Below, one piece after another: positions 21,922-30,382 of a stretch of DNA of 64,000 nt. The stretch comes from an uncultured bacterium (GTDB lineage Bacteria > Desulfobacterota > Binatia > HRBIN30 > CADEER01): positions 6,801 to 70,800 of the forward strand of contig CBFGUK010000003.1 of the NCBI GenBank assembly GCA_965651925.1, written 5' to 3'. Under the pieces are notes generated by a model. It was not told the DNA's origin. It was given only the letters and a program-made list of their open reading frames with translations, and made no database searches. Position 1 is the stretch's first letter. Every line of letters begins with the position of its first letter. The position numbers and the translations under genes are program-made.

Positions 21922-24147
21922 ATGGTCGCCGAGGCCCTGCCGTCCGACGACGCTCGCATGCGCGCCGCCTTCCGGGACGAGGGGCGTGCGCTCACCGATC
22001 GCGCCGTGCGCACGGTGTGTGCGGTCGGCGTGCCGCTGGTCGTCGGCTTCGGCCTGTACGACTACATCCGCCACCCGGAGATCATCGAGGCCTCGCTTGC
22101 CCTGCGCGCCGCGGTCGCCACCGTCATGGTGCTCGTCTGGTATCTCGCCGGAACGCGCCTGGGGCATCGGGCCGCGCCGTGGCTGGCGCTGACCTGCGTC
22201 AGCGCCTGCGGTGCGCTGATGTACGCACTCATGCGCCTGACCGGCATCCAGGCGAGTCAGTACTCCGCCGGGCTCAGCATGCTGCCGCTCACGGTCGCGC
22301 TGATCATGCCGTGGGCGGCGCGCTGGACGGCGCTGATGTGCGTCGGCGTGCTCGGCACCTTTGCGCTCGGCGCCGTGACCAGCGGCGCGGGGCTGCGCAC
22401 CCAGGTGTTCTTCGACAACGCCTCGACGATCCTCGCCGCGAGCTTCATCGCGATCATCATGACGGCGCTGCGCGGGCGGCTGCGCTGGCGCGAGTTCACG
22501 CTGCGCTGGACCCTTGCCGAGGCGCACGACGCGCTGCGCGCCAGCGAGGAGCGGTACCGCGCCGCGCTGGTCAATGCCGAGGCCGCCAACCGCGCGAAGA
22601 GCGAGTTCCTCGCCAACATGAGCCACGAGGTGCGCACGCCGATGAACGGCATCATCGGCATGACCGATCTCGCGCTGCAGACGCGGCTGAGCGATGAGCA
22701 GCGCGAGTATCTGACGATGGCGCGCGAATCGGCGGACACGCTGCTCGCGGTCATCAACGACATCCTCGACTTCTCGAAGATCGAGGCGCGCAAGCTCGAG
22801 CTGTCGCCGGTGTCGTTCAGCCTGCGCGAAGTCGTCGCCGGCGCCCTGCGGCCGTTCGCGCTGCGTGCCGACGAAAAGCAGATCGAGCTGATCAGCCAGG
22901 TGGCGCCGCCGATCCCCGATCTGCTGATCGGCGATCCGCTGCGGCTGCGCCAGGTGCTGTCGAACCTGGTGAGCAACGCCGTCAAGTTCACCGATCACGG
23001 CGAGGTCGTGGTGCGCGTCGATCCCGTTGCGCCGCACGCGGACGGGCTGACGCTGCGCTTCGCGGTGAGCGACACGGGCATCGGCATCCCGCCCGACAAG
23101 CAGGCGGCGATCTTCGCGCCGTTCGCGCAGGCCGACGGCTCGACCAGCCGCCGCTACGGCGGCACGGGACTCGGGCTGGCGATCTCCGGCGAGCTCGTCG
23201 GGCTGATGGGTGGTGCGCTCACGGTCGAGAGCGCGCCGGGGCGTGGCAGCACGTTCGCGTTCTCGATCGACCTGCCGGTGGACGGCAGTGGGAGCGAGCG
23301 GCATCAGCCGCCGTGCTCGAGCTCGGTGCGCGGCGCCCGCGTGCTGGCGGTCGACGACAATGCGACCAACCGCCGCATTTTGCAGGAGCTGCTGACGTAC
23401 TGGGGCATGGATCCGGTGCTGGTTGCCGACGGCGCCACGGCGCTGCAGATGCTGCGCAGCGCCGTGCGCGAGCGCCAGCCGTTCCGTCTCGTGCTGCTCG
23501 ACTGCATGATGCCGGACCTCGACGGCTTCGCCGCCGCGCAACGGATCCGCGCCATCGACGAGCTCGGGCGCGTGCCGATCATCATGCTGACCTCGAGCGG
23601 TCAGCCGGGCGACATCGAGCGCTGCCGGACGATCGGCATCGACGCGCATCTGCTGAAGCCGCTCAACCAGTCGGAGCTGCTCGATGCGATCATGATCGCG
23701 CTCGCCGCCGCGCCGGCATCCGCCGCGGACGCCGACGGCCTGCCGTACGTGCGCCCGAGCAGCCGCTCGCTGCGGGTGCTGCTCGCCGAGGACAACCTGA
23801 TCAACCAGCGCCTCGCGGTGCGCATGCTCGAGCGGCTCGGGCACGTCGTCGAGGTGGCCGACGACGGGCTGCATGCGCTCGCCGCCTTCGAACGCACGAG
23901 CTTCGATCTCGTGCTGATGGACGTGCAGATGCCCGGCATGGACGGCTTTGCCGCCACCGCCGCGATCCGGGCCCGCGAGGAAGGATCCGACCGGCGCGTG
24001 CCGATCGTCGCCATGACCGCGCACGCGATGAAGGGCGACCGCGAACGGTGCCTGGCGGCGGGCATGGACGACTACATCACCAAGCCCGTCGATCTCGCGA
24101 CGGTGCGCGCCGTCCTCGAACGGCTGTTGACGGCCAGGGCGGCGTAG
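21922..24147 (+). CDS. Hybrid sensor histidine kinase / response regulator: membrane sensor, HisKA, HATPase, and two REC domains.
   Basis: 741 aa. About 6 TM helices at the N-terminus. H-box [18 protein letters not shown]-box region GTGLGLAIS. First [15 protein letters not shown]...DCMMPDLDG, second [15 protein letters not shown]...DVQMPGMDG. Confidence 0.85.
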   Translation: MVAEALPSDDARMRAAFRDEGRALTDRAVRTVCAVGVPLVVGFGLYDYIRHPEIIEASLALRAAVATVMVLVWYLAGTRLGHRAAPWLALTCVSACGALMYALMRLTGIQASQYSAGLSMLPLTVALIMPWAARWTALMCVGVLGTFALGAVTSGAGLRTQVFFDNASTILAASFIAIIMTALRGRLRWREFTLRWTLAEAHDALRASEERYRAALVNAEAANRAKSEFLANMSHEVRTPMNGIIGMTDLALQTRLSDEQREYLTMARESADTLLAVINDILDFSKIEARKLELSPVSFSLREVVAGALRPFALRADEKQIELISQVAPPIPDLLIGDPLRLRQVLSNLVSNAVKFTDHGEVVVRVDPVAPHADGLTLRFAVSDTGIGIPPDKQAAIFAPFAQADGSTSRRYGGTGLGLAISGELVGLMGGALTVESAPGRGSTFAFSIDLPVDGSGSERHQPPCSSSVRGARVLAVDDNATNRRILQELLTYWGMDPVLVADGATALQMLRSAVRERQPFRLVLLDCMMPDLDGFAAAQRIRAIDELGRVPIIMLTSSGQPGDIERCRTIGIDAHLLKPLNQSELLDAIMIALAAAPASAADADGLPYVRPSSRSLRVLLAEDNLINQRLAVRMLERLGHVVEVADDGLHALAAFERTSFDLVLMDVQMPGMDGFAATAAIRAREEGSDRRVPIVAMTAHAMKGDRERCLAAGMDDYITKPVDLATVRAVLERLLTARAA

Positions 24148-24185
24148 CCGCCGCCGGGCCGCCGTGGTGCAGGGGGGCGGGGTAC

Positions 24186-24224
24186 CGGGTTGAGGGGTGG
24201 GCCGGATCCCGGCCCCTCAACCCC
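24186..24224. terminator. GC-rich nested hairpin between convergent genes, candidate bidirectional terminator.
   Basis: CGGGTTGAGGGG (24186-24197), loop tgggccggatcccggc (itself palindromic, GCCGG-atc-CCGGC), CCCTCAACCCC (24213-24223). It sits between the kinase stop at 24147 and the sat stop at 24271. No T-tract. Confidence 0.4.
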
Positions 24225-24270
24225 GAGTCCCCTGCCGGCATGACGGGCGCGTCGCACGCGCCCGCGGGTG

Positions 24271-25521
24271 TCACTTGCTGCGATAGTGCTCGATCAGCAG
24301 ATCGGCGATCTCGGGCCGCAGGATGCGGGGGTCGGGACGCTGGCCGGAGGTGAGCGCCTTGCGCACCTCGGTGCCGGAGATGATCACCGGCTTCTCGTCC
24401 TTGTGGTTCTCCATCAGATCCACGCGGCCGACGCTGTCGTAGTACGCGGCGAAGCCGATCTTGCACGGCCGGATGTGCAGCTGGCCGTTGAGCTGCGAGA
24501 AGATCTCCTGGGCATCGAAGTCGCCCCAGATCGCCTTGCCGTCGTCATACGGGGCGTCGGCGTGCTTGCGGCCGATGACGATGTCGGTGAAGCCGTGGTT
24601 CTGGCGGTAGATGCTGTGCATCACCGCTTCCTTCGGTCCGCCGTAGAGCATCTTGATGTCGAGGCCGACGAGCTCGAACACCTCGGTGAGATCGTAGCCG
24701 CGCTCGCGCCAGAGCGCCTCGTCCTTGTCGCCCTGCCCGAGCAGCTGCTGGTCGTGCAGGGCGCGGTAGCAGCGCATGCGCACGCGCGCCGGCACGTCGT
24801 CGCCCTTCAGCTCGCCGACGAGCGGATTGAGCACCACGCCGGCGAAGGCGCCCTGGCGCGTGAGCTGCTCGACGCCGGCGACCAGGGCGTACTCGTGGGC
24901 GCGGTGCAGCGGGTTGCGCGTCTGGAAGGCGAGGGCGCGCTCCCAGCGTCGCTCGGCGATCAGCGTACGCGTCTGCCGCGGGCTGAACAGATACTGGCCA
25001 TACTCGGCATCGACCGGCTGCGGCAGCGCCCACAGCTCGCCGCCGATCAGCTTCGTGCGCGGGTCGTCCATGATCATGTGCCCGCCCGGATGATCGGTGC
25101 GGGACGTGCCGTAGAAGCGCTCGACGTGCTTGGCCTTGTCCCAGTCGAACACGCTCGCGACCTGCACGATGCCGACCACGCTGCCCTCGTGCGTCAGCGC
25201 CGCGGCGCGACCGACGCGCAGCGCCTTCGCTTCCTCGTCGGTGACGGGGAACGAGATCGGCGCCGTCCACGCATAGGTGCGGAACCCGTACTCGATGGTG
25301 TCGGTGTCCAGCACGTGATGCCAGGTGTCCTCGTTCATCGGCCCCGAGAGCGGCGACAGGGTGCCGTCGGCGATGCGGTAAACGGTCGCCAGATCGGCGC
25401 GCGACATCTCGATGCGCGGCAGCGACTCGGCCTCGGCGAGGAAGCGGCGGCGGCGCGACAGCGGCACGATGCGCGAGACGGGGACCTCGAGGCCACCGTG
25501 AACGGGTACCAGATCGGGCAT
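24271..25521 (-). CDS. sat: Sulfate adenylyltransferase (ATP sulfurylase, homo-oligomeric Sat type).
   Basis: Internal Met MPDLVPVHGG (residue 17 of the track ORF 24271..25569). QTRNPLHRAHE and GRKHAD motifs of ATP sulfurylase. Confidence 0.9.
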   Translation of the reverse strand: MPDLVPVHGGLEVPVSRIVPLSRRRRFLAEAESLPRIEMSRADLATVYRIADGTLSPLSGPMNEDTWHHVLDTDTIEYGFRTYAWTAPISFPVTDEEAKALRVGRAAALTHEGSVVGIVQVASVFDWDKAKHVERFYGTSRTDHPGGHMIMDDPRTKLIGGELWALPQPVDAEYGQYLFSPRQTRTLIAERRWERALAFQTRNPLHRAHEYALVAGVEQLTRQGAFAGVVLNPLVGELKGDDVPARVRMRCYRALHDQQLLGQGDKDEALWRERGYDLTEVFELVGLDIKMLYGGPKEAVMHSIYRQNHGFTDIVIGRKHADAPYDDGKAIWGDFDAQEIFSQLNGQLHIRPCKIGFAAYYDSVGRVDLMENHKDEKPVIISGTEVRKALTSGQRPDPRILRPEIADLLIEHYRSK

Positions 25522-25790
25522 ATTCGTGAGCTCCTTCGTGTTGGTGGACGGTGCAGGCGCCCGGCGCACCGCGCGTGCGCGCGGCGCATCTCGACCGAGG
25601 GTGAGCGGTGAGCGGGACCTTCGAGTCGCTATGCGACCCCCTTGGGGGAGTCAAGTCCGCACCGATCGCGGTGATGCGGTGCGCGGACGGACCGCATCAC
25701 CGCGCGACCTGGCTGCGGCGCGGGCGACGGATCCGCCCTGTCGGCCGCGGTGCGCCGGTGCCCGCTTGCGAGCGGGCATCGGCGCGAATC

Positions 25791-27164
25791 TCAGCGGCGA
25801 TGCGTGGCCTTCTTGCCGGCGGTGGTGCGCTTGGCGGGCGCGGTGTTGCTGCGGCGCGGCTTCGCTGCCTTCGATGCCGCGCCGCGCTTGGGCTGCTGGA
25901 CCACCCGACTGCGCTTCGCCGGCGCCTTGGCGGAGACGCTCTGCTTGCGCGTCCGCTGCGTCGTGACAGTGCGCTTCGAACGCTTCTTGGCGCTGGCGAC
26001 CTGCACCGGCGCGCCGCCGGGGATGTGCAGGCGCTGGCCGGTGCGCAGCGCCCGCGCCCGCGCGATGCCGTTGGCACGCTGCAGCGCGCGCACCGAGACA
26101 CCGTAGCGACGGGCGATGCGCGACAGGGTTTCGCCGCGGCGGACGCGATGCGTGCGGCCGCGCGTCGACGAGGCATGCCGCACACTTGGCGGCGGCTCGC
26201 GATACGAGGCGAGTGCCAGCGTGAACTGCTCGCGCGTGCCTTCGGGGAGGCGGATCGGATAGCCGTCGGGCGGCACCATGCCGCGGCGCAGCGCCGGATT
26301 GAGCTCCTTGATGGTGTCGAGATCGCTGCCCGAGAGCTGGGCCACGGCCTTCAGCGAGATCGGGCGCGTCACCTCGATGACGTCGAACCGGCGCTCCGGG
26401 CTGTCCGGAATCTCGATGCCGTACTGCCGGGCCTCGCGCGCCACCTGCATCGCGGCGAGCACCTTGGGCACGTATTCCGAGGTTTCCGACGGCAGGAAGC
26501 CGCGCTCGCGCATCTCCCAGAACGTGTCGCAGCCGCGCTTGTTCTGGATGCGCTCGATGTTGCCTTCGCCGGTGTTGTACGCGGCGAGCGCGAGGTGCCA
26601 GTCGCCGAAGCGGTCGTAGAGATCGCGCAGGTAGCGCGCCGCGGCGCGCGTCGCCTTCTCCGGATCGCGGCGCTCGTCGACGTAGCCGTCGATGCGCAGC
26701 CCGTAGCGCTTGCCGGTGCCGCGGATGAACTGCCACGGTCCGACCGCGCCCGCGTGCGAGGTCGCGTGCAGGCTGTAGCCGCTCTCGACGATCGGGACCC
26801 CGTACGCGAACTCGGGCGGCACGCCCTCTTCGCGCAGCGTCGACTGCATGCGCGGCAGGTACTTGCTGCCGCGCTCGAGCGCGCGCTCCAGCGTCGGCCG
26901 CATCCGTCCCTGATAGGCTTCGACCAGATCGAGCACGCGCGGGTGCTCGACATCGAGCTCGGGCAGCGTGGCGTCCGGCGGGACCGCCGTGAGGTCGTCG
27001 GCGAGCTCGAGCCCGACGGCGACCTCAGGAAGGACAGTTGCCGGTGTACCTCCCGCTGATGCGACCGGTTGCACCGGTCGCCGGCTGCTCGCGCAGCCGG
27101 AAATGGCCCAGACGCACAGGAGCACTCCCAGGGCCACGATAGGTCGCTGATTCGCAGCGCGCAT
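25791..27164 (-). CDS. Membrane-bound lytic murein transglycosylase (MltD-like): SLT domain plus LysM, lipoprotein.
   Basis: Internal Met MRAANQRPIVALGVLLCVWAISGCAS (lipobox). The upstream part of the track ORF is junk. SLT motifs ESGYSLHATSHAGAVGPWQF and AYNTGEGN. LysM HRVRRGETLSRIARRYGVSVRALQRAN. Lys/Ala/Pro-rich C-terminal tail. Confidence 0.8.
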   Translation of the reverse strand: MRAANQRPIVALGVLLCVWAISGCASSRRPVQPVASAGGTPATVLPEVAVGLELADDLTAVPPDATLPELDVEHPRVLDLVEAYQGRMRPTLERALERGSKYLPRMQSTLREEGVPPEFAYGVPIVESGYSLHATSHAGAVGPWQFIRGTGKRYGLRIDGYVDERRDPEKATRAAARYLRDLYDRFGDWHLALAAYNTGEGNIERIQNKRGCDTFWEMRERGFLPSETSEYVPKVLAAMQVAREARQYGIEIPDSPERRFDVIEVTRPISLKAVAQLSGSDLDTIKELNPALRRGMVPPDGYPIRLPEGTREQFTLALASYREPPPSVRHASSTRGRTHRVRRGETLSRIARRYGVSVRALQRANGIARARALRTGQRLHIPGGAPVQVASAKKRSKRTVTTQRTRKQSVSAKAPAKRSRVVQQPKRGAASKAAKPRRSNTAPAKRTTAGKKATHRR

Positions 27165-27417
27165 AGGTTCCTCCCTCCTGCCAGCCCGGCTGCCTGGGTG
27201 GGGAAGAGCCAGAGGCGCCCCAAGGCAACCGAGACGTCGCGACCTGCTGCGACGTCTGTCCAACCACCCGTGACGTACCCGCCGTTGCGGGCGTCACCTG
27301 CCTCACTCCATCATCAAACATCGTGCGCCCCGCTCCCGCGGGGCGCTCCTCGGTACCATGAAGGTTTTGCCGAGAGCAACCCGTTTGTGGGTTGGCGTCA
27401 GGAATTTGACGCGGCCG

Positions 27418-28416
27418 CTAGCGCGACCGGGCGACGGCGAGTTGCGCGGCGAGCTGCAGGGCGGCGGTCATGCTGCGCGCATCGGCGCGGCCGCTGCCGG
27501 CGATGTCGTGCGCGGTGCCGTGATCGGGCGAGGTGCGGATCACCGGCAGGCCGGCGGTGAAATTCACGCCGTCGGCGAAGTGCAGGAGCTTGAACGGGGC
27601 GAGCCCCTGGTCGTGGTACATGCACACGACGGCGTCGAAGCGGCCGGCCTGCGCGTGCGGGAAGGCGCTGTCGGCGGCGAGCGGGCCGACGGCGTCGATG
27701 CCGCGGCGGCGGGCGCGGCGCACGGCGGGGGCGATCACCTCCGCATCCTCTTTGCCGAAGACCCCCTGCTCGCCGGCGTGCGGATTGAGGCCGGCGATGC
27801 CGAGGCGCGGGTGGCGGATGGCGAACCGCTCGCGCAACGCTCGCGCGGTGATGACGATCGTGTCGAGCACGCCGGCCGTGGTAATCGCATCAGGAACGTC
27901 GCGCAGCGCGAGATGCGTCGTGACCAGCGCGACGCGCAGCGTGCGGCCGACCATCATCATGCGCACCGGCGCGCCGCCGCAGGTGGCGGCGAGCAGCTCG
28001 GTGTGGCCGGTCGCGCCGACGCCGGCGGCGGCGAGATTGGCCTTGCTGATCGGCGCCGTGGCGAGGGCGTCGGCGACGCCGCTGCGCACCAGCGCGAGCG
28101 CGGCGAGAATCGCGTCATACGCGGCGCGGCCGCCGGCTGCGGTCGGCCGGCCGGGCCGGCGTTCACGCGGGCGCAGGGCGGCGACGGCATGGACCGCCAG
28201 CGCATCGCGCGGCAGCGGCGTCGGCGGTGCCCAGGTGGCGAAGCGCAGCGGCAGCCGGAGCTGGCGCGCGGTGTCGGCGTAGACGGCCGGATCGCCGACG
28301 AGGATCGGCGCCAGCGCGGCGCGCAGGGCGCGGCTGCGCAGCGCGACGAGCGTGACCTCGGGCCCGATGCCGGTCGGATCGCCCATCGAGATGGCGACCC
28401 GCGGCGGGCGCCTCAC
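27418..28416 (-). CDS. pdxA: 4-hydroxythreonine-4-phosphate dehydrogenase (PdxA).
   Basis: 332 aa. VAISMGDPTGIGPE N-terminus, metal-binding His residues (GHTE, NPHAGE) and VCMYHDQGL. The GTGA-type junction overlaps the upstream gene stop at 28413-28416, matching the SurA-PdxA synteny of proteobacteria. Confidence 0.9.
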   Translation of the reverse strand: MRRPPRVAISMGDPTGIGPEVTLVALRSRALRAALAPILVGDPAVYADTARQLRLPLRFATWAPPTPLPRDALAVHAVAALRPRERRPGRPTAAGGRAAYDAILAALALVRSGVADALATAPISKANLAAAGVGATGHTELLAATCGGAPVRMMMVGRTLRVALVTTHLALRDVPDAITTAGVLDTIVITARALRERFAIRHPRLGIAGLNPHAGEQGVFGKEDAEVIAPAVRRARRRGIDAVGPLAADSAFPHAQAGRFDAVVCMYHDQGLAPFKLLHFADGVNFTAGLPVIRTSPDHGTAHDIAGSGRADARSMTAALQLAAQLAVARSR

Positions 28417-30260
28417 GGCAGAATCTCCACCACGTGCCGCTGGCGCAGATCCTCCTTCAACCAGCGCGCATACCGCTCCTCGAGCGCCTTCGCGTACAGC
28501 TGTTCCTTGATCTCCTCACGCGCCTCGTCGGACAGCTCCGGCTGCTCGTCGCTGCCGAGCCGGGCATCGAGGCGGATGATGTGGATCGCGGTGTCGGTGC
28601 GCACCGGCTCGCTGTGCTCGCCGGGATCGAGGTCGGCCACCGCCGCCTCGAGCTCGTCGCGCATCTCACCCGCGCGGAACGTGCCGAGTTTGCCGCCGCC
28701 CGCCGCCGCCGCGTCCTGGGACTCCTGCCGCGCCAGCTCGGCGAAATTCGCGCCCGCCGCGAGCTGCGCGTGCAGCGCGGCGGCACGCGCCTCGATCGCG
28801 GCGACCTCCTCCGCACTCGCGCCGGGCGGGATCTGCAGGACGATGTGCGAGATCTCCACCTGTTCCGCCGCCGTGGCGCTCACGTCCCCGCCCGACTGTT
28901 CCTGCTGGAAGCGGGCGATCTCCTCGGGCGAGACGCTCACCTTGCCGCGGATCTCCCGGTTGATCAGCTGGGCGCGCTCCAGCTCCTCGCGGATCTGGGC
29001 GCGGTAGCGCTCGCGGGTCATGCCCTGCTGGGCGAGCGCGGCATCGAGCTGCTCGTCCGTGAGGTTGTTGCGCTGGCGGATGTTGGCGACGTAGCGATCG
29101 ATCTCCTCGTCGGAGATGACGATGCCCTGCGCCTCGACTTCCTTGGCGAGGATGCGCTGCGTGATCAGCACGTCGAGCACGCCGGCGCGGTCGGCCAGCG
29201 CCGCCTGCGCCAGGCGCGGATCGCTGTTCGCGAACTGCATCAGCTCGAGCGAGGTGATCGGGTCGCCGTCGACCAGGGCGAGGATGCGGTCGACGACCGT
29301 GCCGCTGCGGGCGACGGGCTGTTCGTAGGCGCCGATGTCGCAGCGCGGGCCGGCCGGCCGGCGGATGCCGCGCTGATCGACGCTGAGCACGCGACCCGTC
29401 TCCGGATCGCTGCAGCCGGCGGGATCGCCGGCATCGATGGCCGGGCTGCCGCCGGTCAGCGCGGCGGTCGCCGTCGGTCCGCCGTTCGCGGCCAGCGGCA
29501 GCAGGCGCACGTCCTGCGTGTGCAGGTCGCCCGGTTCGGCGAACGCGCAGGATTCGTCGTCGACGAGGTTGTGGCCCGCCGACGTCACGGCGCCGTGGCA
29601 GGCGCGCAGATTGCCGGCGAGCAGCGTGTTCGTCAGCCGCGCGCTCGCGCCCTCGATCTGCACGCCGATGCCGCGGTTGTGTGCCACCGTGCAGCTGGCG
29701 AGCTCGACCGCGCCATCGGTGGCGCGCACGCCCGCGCCGCCGTTGTCGGCCACGGTCGAGTTGATGCAGCGCACGGTGGTGCCGTCACTCTCGATGCCCG
29801 GCCCGGCATTGCCGGCGACGAGGGAGCGGGAGAGAGTGAGGCGGCCGCGTTCGACCAGGACGCCCGCGGCGCCGCTGTCGCGCACCGCGACCTCGAGCAG
29901 CGTGACGCGGCCGCGCTCCACGGTGACGGTCGCCTCGCGGCCGCCGCTGATCGTCAGCCCGCTGATGGACACCGTGCCGCCGCTGCGCACGACGATCTCG
30001 CCGCTGCCGCGCAGGGTGACGCGATCGGCGCCTGGCCCGCGCACGGTCAGCGTGCCGAACACCTCGATCGGATCGTCGACGGCGATCGTGCCGCGGACGT
30101 CGCTGGCGAAGACGATCGTGTCGCCCTCCTCGGCTTCCTCGACCGCCTCGCGCAGCGATCCTTCGCCGTCGGCCTCGGTGTTGCGGACGGTGTGAATCGC
30201 CGCGCCGGCGGGACCGGCGACGAGCAGGACGAGGAGCAGCAGGACGGGGGCGCGCTTCAT
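28413..30260 (-). CDS. surA: Fusion protein: signal peptide, then a right-handed beta-helix domain of the CSLREA/choice-of-anchor-Q type, then a SurA-like chaperone (SurA N-domain plus parvulin PPIase).
   Basis: Internal Met MKRAPVLLLLVLLVAGPAGA of the 1497-aa track ORF; its upstream 880 aa are antisense to mfd. Residues 20-315: GSLREAVEEAEEGDTIVF, PbH1-like repeats (AGNAGPGIE, ADNGGAGVR, AHNRGIGVQ), then LLPLAANGGPTATAALTGGSPAIDAGD...DQRGIRRPAGPRCDIGAYE. It then runs without a stop into VVDRILALVDGDPITSLEL... (SurA N-terminal chaperone domain) and a PpiC parvulin domain (ISHIVLQIP...GGGKLGTFRAGEM). 615 aa. Confidence 0.7.
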   Translation of the reverse strand: MKRAPVLLLLVLLVAGPAGAAIHTVRNTEADGEGSLREAVEEAEEGDTIVFASDVRGTIAVDDPIEVFGTLTVRGPGADRVTLRGSGEIVVRSGGTVSISGLTISGGREATVTVERGRVTLLEVAVRDSGAAGVLVERGRLTLSRSLVAGNAGPGIESDGTTVRCINSTVADNGGAGVRATDGAVELASCTVAHNRGIGVQIEGASARLTNTLLAGNLRACHGAVTSAGHNLVDDESCAFAEPGDLHTQDVRLLPLAANGGPTATAALTGGSPAIDAGDPAGCSDPETGRVLSVDQRGIRRPAGPRCDIGAYEQPVARSGTVVDRILALVDGDPITSLELMQFANSDPRLAQAALADRAGVLDVLITQRILAKEVEAQGIVISDEEIDRYVANIRQRNNLTDEQLDAALAQQGMTRERYRAQIREELERAQLINREIRGKVSVSPEEIARFQQEQSGGDVSATAAEQVEISHIVLQIPPGASAEEVAAIEARAAALHAQLAAGANFAELARQESQDAAAAGGGKLGTFRAGEMRDELEAAVADLDPGEHSEPVRTDTAIHIIRLDARLGSDEQPELSDEAREEIKEQLYAKALEERYARWLKEDLRQRHVVEILP

Positions 30261-30382
30261 CGGCCGTGCCCTACCACAGAATGTCGCGCTGGTGGACCGC
30301 TGCGGCGAGCCGCGGCCGCGCGTGGGGGCCTGGGCGGGTCGCGCCGCCGCGTCCTCGGTGCGGCGGAGACGCCGGCGCCCGC

